Notes under the pieces: generated by a model
What the model was told of the DNA's origin: nothing
The model's database searches: none
What the model saw: only the letters and a program-made list of their open reading frames with translations
DNA from: Chiloscyllium plagiosum
Taxonomy: Eukaryota
Reading direction: 5' to 3'
Length of the DNA: 64,000 nucleotides
Assembly (NCBI RefSeq): GCF_004010195.1
Contig: NC_057718.1
Coordinates: 98,779,794-98,843,793 of the forward strand
Shown here: positions 1 to 11,905 of the stretch, in pieces
How positions within the stretch are numbered: the stretch's first letter is position 1
How the letters are laid out: each line of letters opens with the position of its first letter
Position numbers and translations under genes: made by a program

Positions 1-230
1 TGTGTTGCCACTTTCAGGGAACTGTGGACCTGTATGCCTAGATCCCTCTCTATGTTAATCCTATTAAGTTTTCTATCATTTATTGTCTACATCCCTCCTG
101 TATTCAATCTTCGATATCACCTCACAGTTGTCCGGATTAAATTCCATCTGCCATTTCTCTGCCTAAATTTCCAGCATATCTAAATCCTGCTGTATCCACT
201 GGCAATCCTCCTCACTATCTGCAGCTATTG
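1..230 (-). mobile_element. CR1-type LINE reverse transcriptase fragment
   Basis: Reverse complement resembles the RT segment at 9400-9610 (WQMEFN..KC.V motif region). Confidence 0.75.
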
Positions 231-610
231 TCAACTGGTCTGTCTTCTCCCAACTAGAACTAGAATTAGAATTAGCTTTATTGTCACGTACTCACATGGG
301 TACAGTGAAAGTTTAAAAGTCGCCACTTACAATGCCATTTTAAGTACAAAGGTACCTAGATACAAAGTCTTAAGTATAAATTCTTCAGGGGAAAAGTAAT
401 TTAGAAAAGTAAAGAAATAAAAAGTCCAGCATTTCTGATCATAGGATTTATTAGGAAAATAAAGAAATAAAAAGTTCTGAATAACAGTCCTTCCAAATCA
501 GTCCACGGCAGCACCTGGCCTTTAGTCTGCACTGGGTCTTGATTCTGGACCATATCAGGCCTCACCTTGAGGTTCTTGAGGCTTACAGACAGCTCTGGAA
601 TCATATCAAT

Positions 611-868
611 AGACAATAGACAATTGGTGCAGGAGTAGGCCATTCGGCCCTTCGGGTCAGCATCACCATTCATTCTGATCATGGCTGATCATCCACAATC
701 AGTATCCTGTTCCTGCCTTTACCTCAGAATCCTTGATTCCACTATCTTTAAGAGCTCTATCCATCTCTTTTTTGAAAGTAACCAGAGACTTGACCTCCAC
801 TGCCTTCTGGGGCAGAGCATTCCATATATCCACCACTCTCTGGGTGAAGAAGTTTCTCCTCAACTCGG
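611..868 (-). mobile_element. CR1 LINE 3' end
   Basis: ORF track motif RNFFTQRVVDIWNALP..TFKKEMDR plus a (attgtct)n tail. Confidence 0.9.
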
Positions 869-910
869 TTCGCAAGGCCGGAAGCCGACGCTGAGACCAT
901 GCCAAGATGA

Positions 911-1134
911 AAGACTGCCACATCAGGCTGAGAGACCACCACGACAGACTGGGAGGCAGCTACAACAGACCAGGAGACAGCCGCTCCTGGCCGGCAAACA
1001 GCCACACCGGTCCGGGAGACAGCCACACGGGGTGAGAAACATCCATGACAGGTCGAGAGATGGCCAAGACAGACTGGAGACAGCTACGCCAGGTTGGGAG
1101 AGCGCCACACCGAGCCGAGAGACTGCCAGGTTGG
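911..1134 (+). repeat. Degenerate 21-bp GC-rich minisatellite, about 11 units
   Basis: Units such as gagaccaccacgacagactgg, gagacagccgctcctggccgg, gagacagctacgccaggttgg and gagagcgccacaccgagccga in register. Confidence 0.8.
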
Positions 1135-2412
1135 GTCTCCACTGAAACTGAGAGTCCGAGTCTGCGCTGAAGCCTGGCATTCAGGACATCGCCAAGAAGA
1201 AAGAAGGGATAAAAACCACAAAAGAGAAATAAAAGGAAAAGAAGTGGATGGAGCGGATGAGTTCCGGCTTAGGAATCCAATATCACTGCCATCTTGGATA
1301 CTCAATGTCTTACAACAACTGGCTGGTGACCTATGTATAGCAGATATGTAGTTGCTGCTTGATTTAGTTAACTAAATGAAGTTTATCAATGAAACAAAAT
1401 GTTCAAATTCCGTATTATGTACCTACTGAATTCCCATTCTTACCAAATTCCAGCTTAAGTTCTAACTCTCACTCTGTTTCCAACTCACTCTGTTAAGTGA
1501 TGTGCTCTTGAAGCAATAAATGGTATAGGTAATAGCTCCAACTAGACTGGGCAGTACAGTTGTTCAGTCCTCTAAGGGATTTTACTAACATTGAGGAGCA
1601 GTGTAGCAATTTCTAAATTTGTATTTTCACTGGATTCTGATTCCTAGGATTGGAATACTGTGCCATGACAAACCTACAGGTAACATGCAAAAGATCAGCA
1701 ACATAAAGCATTTCCATAACATTAAGAATGAATTGCCACATTTATAGTTGACACAATAGTTAAATATTCAAATCTTTGCAGGTAACAATGTTTTGATGAT
1801 AAATTCATGTTGCATAAATTTGTTTTTACTTGAAATTAAATTTTCTTAGACTCAAAAGAAACATTTTAGATCATTTCTGACCTTCTCATACAAATATTAA
1901 GCTAGTTCTGAAGTGTTACAAGTGTTCCTTTAATGTTATCGAACAATACAGTGTGCCTAACACTTATTCTCCAAAGCCGTCCCTTGTGATTACAGATGAA
2001 TTTCTTCCACTCCAGTGTTGTGGATCCAGAGGTAATTAGACAGGCAGGTTTTGAACACCCTGCCATAAGTGTTTGAAGAAGCAGATGGATGGGATGCTTG
2101 GGTTTTGCATACCACTACCACTGCTTGTGCCTGACTCCCATCTGTGACTGTTGGAAATGCTAGAGATGGTTGTCACCTGCATTAATGGTTCTTCTCCAAT
2201 TTGAGTGGGCATGTGACTCTCATGGATTGGTGGAGATGTTGCATTTCTTTCCAGGGAGACTTTAATGATATATTTGAAGCATTTCCGCCGTCCTCCTAGT
2301 AATAATGACAAGGTAGAGAGCTGGTTTGGAAGGCAGACAATGTGGCCAATAATTAAAGCAATATTGATTCTACAGAGCTGAACCGGGGTGATCTGCTTTC
2401 ACGTGGCTGTAT

Positions 2413-2727
2413 AGAGTCATAGAGACGTACAGCATGGAAACAGACCCTTCAGTCCAACCCGTCCATGCCGACCAAATACCCCAACCCAATCTAGTCCCAC
2501 CTGCCAGCACCCAGCCCATATCCCTCCAAACCTTTCCTATTCATATAACCATACAAATGCCTCTTAAATGTTGCAATTGTACCAGCCTCCTCCAGGGAAA
2601 ACAGCCCTAGCCTGTTCAGCCTCTCCCTGCAGCTCAGATCCTCCAACCCTGGCAACATCCTTGTAAATCTTTTCTGAACCCTTTCAAGTTTCACAACATC
2701 TTTCCGATAGGAAGGAGACCAGAATTG
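2413..2727 (-). mobile_element. HER1-like CR1 3' end with an internal deletion
   Basis: Encodes QFWSPSYRKDVVKLERVQKRFTRMLPGL and has a (ctatgact)n tail. About 210 bp is missing relative to the copy at 60958-61472. Confidence 0.9.
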
Positions 2728-3239
2728 GTAATCCAAGATGGAGGATGGGAAAAATTTCTGGCTGTAAGAGCTGCTCCTTTTTTTTTGAGGTATTTAAGCT
2801 GTATGTTTGATTCTATCCCGAAAAGGAGACAAAATTGCGTCATTTGTGACCACTATGTCCTGGAAATATGCCAATTGTAGCTTTAACTTTGATGGTGATA
2901 CTGGGAATTCAAAGTACTATCATTTTTCTGACATCCAGGATTTAATTAACAAATCTGATGTAAGCTAAAAGACAGCACACCTAACTGTTAATATTCAATG
3001 TTATTCATTATTAAGAGTGAGACAAAATATTAATGGTTTGATGAAGGACAATTACTGCAAAGTATTATAGATATGAGCTGTGCAAAATGAAAATATTTTT
3101 ATAATTCAAATAAGGTCTCTTGAAACACAGTGGTTCATACTGTCTATCATTACCATGATTGGTATGTGTGATATTATGTGCTGTGGATATTACTCACTGA
3201 CTGAATGGTACTGAATGGTACTGTAGACTCCATACTGTG

Positions 3240-3768
3240 GTCATACTGTGAACAGTTCTCGGCACCAAATCTTGAGATGGCAGGAAGTGCAATGTAAATT
3301 GCTGGAATAGTATTTGGTACCCAAGGGTTAAATTACTGGAAGAGATAAATTAATCTAATGTTGCAATCCCTGGAATTTACAAAGTTAATTGATGATTTGA
3401 TTTGTTTAATTTTTCAGAGAGGCTGTAACAGCTTTAAATTCCTACTAAGGGAAACATATAGGATTGATACAGCAAAGTATTTCTGCTGATTGACATATGT
3501 AGGACTAAGGGGATAAGCCTAAAGATTCGAGTCAAATCCTTCAGGAGTGAAACTGGAAAGCATGTTTACAAACACAGCTCAGTGGAACTCATTTCTACAA
3601 CCGTCAATTTATTCTTTGTCAGTTGTTAATTTTAAATCTGACTTTTAGACTTTTGTTAACCAAAGGCATTGAGGTGAATGGGGCAAGGGCAGATAGGTTT
3701 CATATCAGCCACAATTCCATTGAATGATGAAACATGCTTGAGGGGCTGAACAACTTCCTCTGTTTCTG
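3240..3768 (+). mobile_element. Old decayed CR1 3' end
   Basis: Residual similarity (catactgtgaacagttct; ccattgaatgatg..gcttgaggggctgaa) to younger CR1 tails in the window. Confidence 0.6.
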
Positions 3769-3769
3769 T

Positions 3770-3930
3770 GATATCATTCATGAATTAATGGTACGATATA
3801 GCATTACGCACTTTGATATTACTCATTTAATTAATGGTATTGTGTATAATTATGCACTTGATATTATTTATTGAATTGAAAGTTATAATATAGTATTATG
3901 GACTATGATATTCTTAATTGAGTGAACAGC
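3770..3930. repeat. Decayed ~45-bp AT-rich tandem repeat
   Basis: gatattactca..aattaatggta..attatgcactt recurs about 3.5 times; a related unit lies at 3170-3225. Confidence 0.55.
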
Positions 3931-4474
3931 AGTACCTCAATCAAATCGAATGTCATTTTTGGAATATGGCAAAGCAGATGAGCTAAGATTAATATTGTAC
4001 TGCTTGGTGATCACTCATTAATTTAAGGTGGCGCCCACATGTAGTGTGGTCAATGACTTTGGGTGTTTTTAATCTGTTATGTAACCCCTGGTGTGATTTA
4101 AGTCAGAAGTGTTTTGCTGCATTATTCTTGAGTAATCTTAGTACAGTGTTCTAACACAGGGACAGGAAAATATCTACATCCATCTCATATTAGTTATTCG
4201 TGAACAGTGTTATGTTTCAAAGCTGATCAGTCTCAGAATTTTGTTTAGTGAGGGCTGAATTTTCCTGTTCAAGTCACGAATTGGAATCTGAGCTGATTTC
4301 GAGGTCACAGGCCCGGACAGGTGGCTGGACATTCGGTGTGAACTTTTCTTAGAAGGTGAATTAACAGGTCACCACTGACAATGCCAGTCAATTAAGTTTG
4401 TTGGGAGCCTGAGCATGAAGACATCAGAGTGCCAGTGTGAAAGATGGCTGGCCAATGCACTGCAAATGCTGGGC

Positions 4475-4783
4475 ATTAGATTAGATACCCTACAGTGTGG
4501 AAACAGGCCCTTCGGCCTAACAAGTCCACACCGACCCTCCGAAGAGTAACCTACCCAGACCCATTTCCCTCTGACTAATGCACTTAACACTATGGGCAAT
4601 TTAGCATGGCCAATTCACCTGGCTTGCACATTTTTGGACTGTGGGAGGAAACCAGAGCACCCGGGGGAAACCCATGCAGACACGGGGAGAACATGCAAAC
4701 TCCACACAGTCACCCGAGGCTGAAATCAAACCTGGGATCCTGGTGCTGTGAGGCAGCAATGCTAATCACTGAGCCACTGTGCC
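4475..4783 (-). mobile_element. HE1-like V-SINE
   Basis: tRNA-like head (ggctcagtg..tagca), V-domain gtggagtttgca.gttctccccgtgtctgc.tgggtttcc, (tctaa)n tail. Confidence 0.9.
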
Positions 4784-6889
4784 TATATGAATTCAAATCC
4801 CACCATCTGCTGTGGCAGGATTCAAATGCAGGTCCCCAGAACATTCCCTGGGTCTCTGGATTAACAATCTAGTGATAATCCCACAAAGCCATTGGCTCCC
4901 CAATTGGCTGAGCAGATTAGACAAAGAGACGAAAGTTATCCAAATGCAGCAAGACCTGGTTAATATCCAGGATTGACCGACATGTGGCAACTAACAGTCA
5001 TTGACCATTAACCATCGCCTCTTGACATTTAATGGCATTACCATTGCTGACTCACCCACTCGTGTTGGAAAGGAGGATAGATTCCTCAGTTGCAAGATTT
5101 TTTATAGGGCATACACGGAGCCTGTATTAATTATTCAGTTCTATGAATCCTACATGAAAACGCAAGAAATTTGATCAGGTTATCAATGTCGCTATCTATC
5201 AGCTGAAGGAAAGAAACAATGGGATTATCAATACATTTCTATATCACAGTCTTTATGTGAGGTGTCACTGACATATAGTTCATGAACTGAACAAATTGAC
5301 ATCAGTTACAACACAGCATGTATCAGCCTGCATCTCCAATTATTGAAGCATGTCAACATGTTCTACAATAAAGATGCATTAAATGTGTATAAATAATAAC
5401 ACACACTTTGCTGTTAATAAGCCAGCTTATTTCATGTTAAGTTAATGCTTGGTACAGCCTTAATATTAATAGAGACTGAATACTTGAGCATGGTGCAGTG
5501 ATGTATTGCCAACATTTCCATGTAAAATACTCCAGCCCAACAAAGTATTTATCCACTAACAGTTAACCTGGTTAACATGGTTAAACAAAGCCTATTAAAA
5601 ATGGTTTATTGCAGAGCAAATCAAGTTTGAGAGTTAATTTTAAAAGTTTTCTTCAAGTGTTGTGTTCAACCTTTTCACTCATGTTTGCTGTTCATTAAAA
5701 TTTAATTTTTGTTCCATTTCTTTTGCTCATCACTTTGAAACAATGCTACCATTCAGGAGTTGAACACTTCGCCAGCATTATGCTCTCAATCATTTCTCTA
5801 GCATGTATTTCTAGATCATTTCAGGATGCCACAGGAGGCATCAACAACATTAAGTTAATCAGCTGTGCATAGATGTATCGCACACACAGCCATATTTGCT
5901 TGAGCAAGCAATTCCACTACATTCCCTTTAGGCATGTGACAGCACTGTGATGACTAGTGTTCCCAAATGTCCTGCTGTTTACGGGTTGTTCCTATGCACA
6001 CAATGCACACGTATGCTCTGTATATATTGTCCAGTGCAAATTAATCTCTCAGTCCCTTTTGCGTGATATTTCTGAGCTGGTGTTTGCAAGGGAGAAGAGA
6101 AAGGCACAGGAGCGATGTCCCAGAACAGCTAGTGTGATTTGAGTTACCGGCTATTGGGACAAAATTAAGGAAGATGGGTTTACAGTGGTGCAGTTATGAG
6201 CAGCCATTTATTGCATTCAGTGGTGAAGTAGATGGCTCTAGTATTGTCTTTGCTAAGAGAGCGTGGGCTTTTAATCTTCAAAGCAGGTAGCGGAAGTTGG
6301 GAGACTTCCTGGCCTCAGGAGAAAGTGCCCTCAAAGATGGAACTTTTGCTGTTTGAGGAATATGCATGCAGGCCGTAATCAGACCAGCCAACCCAGAGAA
6401 GGTAGCTACAGGGGCTGGTTGGTGCACAGGTGGGATGTTTAAAAGGTCTACCTCATTCTGTGATACTTCATCCCAGTTATGATAAATGAATAATGGACCT
6501 CTAGCTCTCACATCCACTTCATATCTCACCTAACCCCCATACAGGTTCCAGGCCCTGTCCATGCAACTTCCTGCCCCATGTGTCAGACTGTGCACCTCAA
6601 TCCACTCTCATGCCAAACTATGGCTCTTCCATATTCACTGGTCTTCCATAAACTGTAAAGAACAATTGATCCCCATAGTGAAATTAGGAAGTTGCAAAAA
6701 AAAACTTTCAAGATCATTCACATTGTTCCACTATGTTAAAAAAGTCATTTTGCTTAACATTAATGAAGTTTCAATCATCTTCACCATATTATGTATCAAT
6801 AGTATAAAATGCAAGCACTTGAAACTTTTTAATCTTGTGTAGTTTTGGCCCACAGATTTCAGTTATTTACCGTAACAAGCATTTTTAAA

Positions 6890-7440
6890 ACCTCATTCAC
6901 GAGTTTTGGCAGTCATTGTCCACACCAGTATCTATTAACCATCCCTAATTGCCCTGCAAATGGTGATTGTGACTCACCTTCTTGAATAGCTGCAGTACAT
7001 GTTGGGCAGTAGGGAAGAGAGTTCTAGAATTTTGACCCAGCACTAGCAAAGGACTGATATGACAGGATGGCATGTGCCTTGGAATGGAACTTGCAGGTGG
7101 TGTTCCCATATGCCTTGTCCTTAAAAATGGTAGAGGCTCACGGCTTTGATGGTACTACCAAGGCAGTCTTGAAGAATTACTGTGGTGCATCTTGTAGGTG
7201 TAGGCACTACTGCCACTGTGGGTCAATGATGGACAGTCTGAATATTTAAGGAGGTCGGGAGGTACCAGTGAGACTAGTTGCCTGGTTCTGGATGCTGTTG
7301 AGCTTCTTGGCTATTGTTGGAGCTGTAATCAATCATCCAGGTATTCCATCACACTCCTGATTTGTGTTTTGTCGAAGTTGGACAGACTTTGAAGGAGTGC
7401 TACTTGCAGCAGAATTACTAACCTCTGACCTGCTCCTCGT
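6890..7440 (-). mobile_element. Decayed CR1-clade LINE 3' end, same family as 45515-46085
   Basis: Colinear similarity to 45515-46085 (ccatccctaattgccc, ttttgacccagc, ttgcaggtggtg). Confidence 0.75.
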
Positions 7441-7892
7441 TTTCACATACGGTCAGTTGGAAATTGCCCCTTGAGCATCAGGTCCACAGTGTTCACATGC
7501 TTTTATCTTTCCCTGACGATACTATCAGTACTTTGCTACAGCAAAGTCTCCACATGATTGTCTGCATTTATGATTTGAAACTTACAGACATTTTGTACTT
7601 GACAACACGTGGTTTGCATGACCAACACACACCCATAAAGGTTTGAACAAGCAAAATTTAATTTATGTAGGATAGTCATGGGTACCAAAGAAAAGAAACT
7701 ATTCTTGCAGTATGTCTGTTTGCTACAGAAGTGAATGGTTGAATTTGTCACTTGGTCCCTGTGAATCCTTTTTACAGATTTGTAAAACAGGATTTGTTTG
7801 GTATTTTAACAACCAGAAACAAATGAATCTAGGTTGTGTGGGAAGTTGAAATATTAAAAATCTAAATTCTCCAACCAGCTAATTAAAGCTGT

Positions 7893-8252
7893 CCTCTTCA
7901 CCCCCCTTGCCCTCCATTCAATCTGTCTCCTCTCAGATCTCCTCCTCAATTATCTTTCGTTTGCTCTCCCCTTTTCCCTCCCTTTTCTCTTTTGCTCCTT
8001 TCCCCCTCCTGCCATTTTGTTCTTCCCCTCCCCTCATCTCCTTGTCCCCCAACATTCACCCCTGCCGGTCCTTTTATTTTTCTCTCTATTTCCTTCCCCT
8101 CCTCTCCTTTCACCCACTCTCCTCTGCCAACTCCAGTCCTCCCCTTTCCTCCACCCCTTCTCCTCGGTCCCACCCACCCTTGAACCCCTCCCCACACATA
8201 GCCACGTTTCTTCACTCATTTTTCTCACCTTCCTCCTTTCCTTTCTGTCCCT
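7893..8252 (+). repeat. Polypyrimidine low-complexity tract
   Basis: About 360 bp strongly dominated by C/T on the + strand. Confidence 0.9.
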
Positions 8253-9371
8253 GCTAAGGAATGGATGTCAGATTTTAGAACAGAGCTACTGTTGAAATGA
8301 ATGCCTTGAAACTGTCTCAAGGGATTTGGCAGCACTGGTGATATTTTCAATGTTTTGCTGCAGCTTTCACCTCTACAACATTGCACAGGTTACAGATTAC
8401 CTTGACTGAAAGAGCTTGCACAATTTCCTTACATATATTTTGTTGCCTCGAATAATTGCATGTGAATTGTGAATGCATCCTCTAACAAGAATTTGAAATC
8501 CTGGTTTGCCAGCCCAGTGAAGGGAAGGGCAAAGCAGCTTTACATTTTGTCTAAAAGATCACACAATTCTTAGGCGTGGGACCAATCTGAGTGAATTCTT
8601 CTTTTGTTCTGTCCATGTCATGTGGAGTCAGAACACGAGTCGTTTTGCTGAAGTGCTAGGTTAATAATTCCAGTAATTACTTTGCTGAACGCACCTAATT
8701 TGCAATAAATATAAAATGTGAATATACCCATGAATGATTAAATATGTTGAGTGGTTTTTTTTTTGCAGGGTATGGCATTTTTGGTATTGTTCATATGCAT
8801 GAAATCCCTTGAGGAGCACAATAGATTGGGATTAGTTGATAGGCTGGGAATAAATAAGATGGGGTTTGGCCTTCTGTATTTGCATAAAAAGTAAATCCTC
8901 TTTTGTGGATCTCTTTAATCTTTTGCATAGTGCAGCCTGAGTGGGCCAACAAAGTAAAACTGTAAAGATTTAAATTAAATCTGATGACTACAGTGTGATT
9001 TGCTGAGAGGCAAGGATTCCCTGAGAGAACATTCATCTACAGCAGAAACTAATTATAATGAGCGAGGATGACTGAGCACAGCTAGGCATTAGGCTTGTTC
9101 AACCTTTCATTTTGTCAGTGAGAAGGTACTTTGCTTTCTCCTCCCCCAACGTCCTACAATTCCTTTGATGTTATGTTTTAGTCACAAGTCCTACTCATTA
9201 ACTCAGGGTCTTTCCTAATATTTATAGTTGAGACTTTAAGGCCTGAATTTGGATGTTGTGCCTAGTTCATGAGAGGTTTGTTAAAGAATTAAATATACTC
9301 TAGTACAATTTTTTTTTAAAATTGTTATTTCTCACCACGCAATTCATATTTACCAGAAGCCTGAATATTAA

Positions 9372-10253
9372 TTTGTGGAGTAGTGGACAGTTTGGAAGAA
9401 TGTTGCAGGTTGCAGGGGAACTTGGATAAACTGCAGAATTGGGCTGAGAGGTGGCAAATGGAATTCAATGCAGATAAATGGGAGGTGATGCACTTTGGGA
9501 AAAATAACAGGAAGGCAGAGTACTGGATCGATGGAAAGATTCTTGGTAGTGTGGATCTGCAGAGGGATCTTGGAGCCCATGTACATAGATCCCTGAAAGT
9601 TGCCATCCAGGTGACTAGTGCTGTTAAGAAGGCATACGGTGTGTTAGGTTTCATTCGTAGAGAGATTGAGTTCCGGAGCCGCAACATCATACTGCAACTA
9701 TACAAAACGCTGGTGCGGCCACACTTGGAATGTTGTGTACAGTTCTGGTCCCCATATTTCATGAAGGATGTGGAAGCATTGGAAAAGGTGCAGAGGAGAT
9801 TTACCAGGATATTGCCTGGTCTGGAGGGAAGGTCTTATGAGGAAAGGCTGAGAGACTTGAACCTGTTCTCATTGGCAAGAAGAAGGCTAAGAGGGGATTT
9901 GATAGAGGCATGCAAGATGATCAGAGGATTATAAGGCAGACAGTGAAAGTCTTTTTCCTAGGATGATGATGTCAGTGTGTACGAGGGGGCATAACTACAA
10001 ACTGAGGGGTGATAGATTTAAGACTGATGTCAGAGGCAGGTTCTTTACACAGAGAGTGGTAAGGGTGTGGAATGCACTACCTGCTAATGTAGTCAACTCA
10101 GCCACATTAGGGAGATTTAAACAATCCTTGGATAAGCACATGGATGATGATGGGATAGTGTAGGGGGACGAGCTGAGAATAGTTCACAGGTCGGTGCAAC
10201 ATCGAGGGTTGAAGGGCCTGTTCTGTGCTGTATTGTTCTATGTTCTATGTTCT
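9372..10253 (+). mobile_element. CR1 LINE, 5'-truncated (RT C-terminus and 3' UTR)
   Basis: ORFs 9383-9934 and 9963-10163 (LQGNLDKLQNWAERWQMEFN..YKTLVRPHLECCVQFWSP..FFTQRVVRVWNALP) and a (tgttcta)n tail. Confidence 0.95.
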
Positions 10254-11064
10254 ATTAATTACGTTTATGAAAATTTCACAGCCCAATATTTTTCTAGAAA
10301 TATTTTGGCTTCTTTTTCAGGTGCAATGTTTTTGGCTATAAAGTGTCACCTAATTTTTTGGTCAACAGTTTATTAACACTGTAGCTAGCAACCATGGTAG
10401 CAACCCCTACTTTATTAACATGAGATTTGCATCTTATTTAGCTATGCTGTGTTTGTGGTTGTTTGATTCCTAGCATACAACCACATTAAGTTAAGAAAGG
10501 CAAGAGGCTAGGTGCTCTAGTGAGTCTCTGCTGGTTCTTTGCCTTAAGCTATTGGAGCAGAAATAAGCCATTCAGCCCATTGAGTCTGTTGCACATTCAA
10601 TGAGATCATGGCTGATTTCTTTCCTGTCTTTTCCTCATTCAAATTGAGACCAATTTCTCTGCTGACCCACTTTTGTTCTGTGTGGTACTTTGCTGCAAAT
10701 ATTTATCTTGCATCACTTTAAAAGACACTACATACTTCCTTAGCAATTACCTGCTGCAAATCTTCCCTTTTCTTGCCTCAGCAAATTTGTGGAATAAAGG
10801 ATTTCCTTCAAACTGCTTTCCTCGCTCTCAGAGACAGGTTTAAATTGATGTGTCTTACTGGCAATTTTAAATTGAACATTCATCCAGTACCCTGAGCCAT
10901 CACTGAACAGAAGTGACTTGGTGAAATCGCCACACCTGAATGCATGCGTGAAAGAGGTTGTTTCTGAGACAGGAGGTGGTTCTTTATTGCAAAATCGCAT
11001 GATTTCAGTTAGAGTCAGCAATCTTGGCACTATTTATGTTGTGTGGTTAATACAGCATAGATGC

Positions 11065-11081
11065 TGTTGCCAATGGCAACA
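11065..11081. promoter_or_regulatory. Palindromic RFX X-box-like motif
   Basis: tgttgcca-a-tggcaaca fits GTTGCC-N(0-3)-GGCAAC and lies outside recognised repeats. Confidence 0.3.
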
Positions 11082-11324
11082 TAGCCAAGGCACTGGGATG
11101 CCAGATAAGAAAGATAGATATTCAATTGTGGTTTAAGGAACAAATAGCATACATTTTTCCAGTAGCATATAACAATGTAATAGTATTGAAATTGACATAT
11201 GGATCTATAGTATATGAATGCTGAACGTATTCATCTGGAATTCCAAACTTGGTGTTGACCTATTTAATTTCAATAGCACAGTAAAGAGAAAACTGTCAGA
11301 TGAATGCATTGATTATTCATGGGA

Positions 11325-11905
11325 TAGCACTGGAGAGAATGCAGAGGAGATTTACCAGGATGTTACTGAAAACAAAAAATGCTGGAGATCATAGCGGGTC
11401 AGGTGGTATCCATGTAGAGAAAGCAAGTTAACATTTCTAGCCTAGATGGCTCTGATGAAGAGCTGCAAACGGCAGCATTTTTTTGTTTTCAGTATCTGCA
11501 GAAATTTGCTCCTACATTGCGTTTACCAGGATGTTGCCTGGCTGGAGAGTTTTAGTGATGAAGGGAGGGTTAGATTGACTGGGCTTGCTTATCTTGGAGC
11601 AGAGTTCAGATGTATAACAGTTTGAGGGGCATTGACAGAGCTGACAGGAAGACACCTTTCCCCATGATGGAGTGATCAAAGACTGGGGCAGAGAATTAAA
11701 AGTAAGGAGCAGAAGGAGATGTGAGGAAAAGCTTTTTTACCCAGAGGGTGGTGGGAGTCTGGAACTCATTGCTTGTAAGGTGGAAACATTTAAAAAGTAT
11801 TTGGATGCGCACCTGTGTTGCCAAGACTATGGGCCAAGTGCTGGAAAATGGGATGAGAATAGGTAGGACGAGAACAGGGCAGACCGGATGGGCTGAAGAG
11901 CCTGT
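11325..11905 (+). mobile_element. Decayed CR1 3' end, interrupted at 11365-11521
   Basis: gcagaggagatttaccaggatgttgcctgg and the motif RKSFFTQRVVGVWNSL. Confidence 0.8.
11365..11521. mobile_element. Penelope-like short palindromic insert
   Basis: Exact 14-bp TSD tttaccaggatgtt (11351-11364 and 11522-11535); inverted ends actgaaaacaaaaaatgctg / cagcatttttttgttttcagt; ctgatga remnant. Confidence 0.75.

Larger units (their letters stand above)
256..1298 (-). mobile_element. Putative non-autonomous Rex/Babar-like LINE derivative, interrupted by a CR1 tail
   Basis: The - strand starts tccaagatggc and ends cactgtac..gtacgtgacaataaagctaattctaattcta. This tail resembles the one at 19965-20016. No long ORF. 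Confidence 0.5.

Noticed and set aside
911..1134. Periodic array as a possible CRISPR
   Set aside because: Units are contiguous and degenerate with no unique spacers; the context is eukaryotic and there are no cas genes.
681..1145. 154-aa ORF on the + strand
   Set aside because: Antisense CR1 fused to the GC-rich minisatellite.
241..1320. Possible TSD tgtcttctcccaact / tgtcttacaacaact around the 256-1298 element
   Set aside because: Only 11/15 identical and offset from the apparent 5' end; too weak to use.
4250..4470. gggctgaattttcc start suggesting an old DNA-transposon TIR (similar hints near 42225 and 45288)
   Set aside because: No matching partner TIR or TSD could be identified by eye.
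8750..8800. Strong acceptor-like ttttttttttgcag
   Set aside because: No matching donor or recognisable coding sequence follows; such motifs are common in introns.
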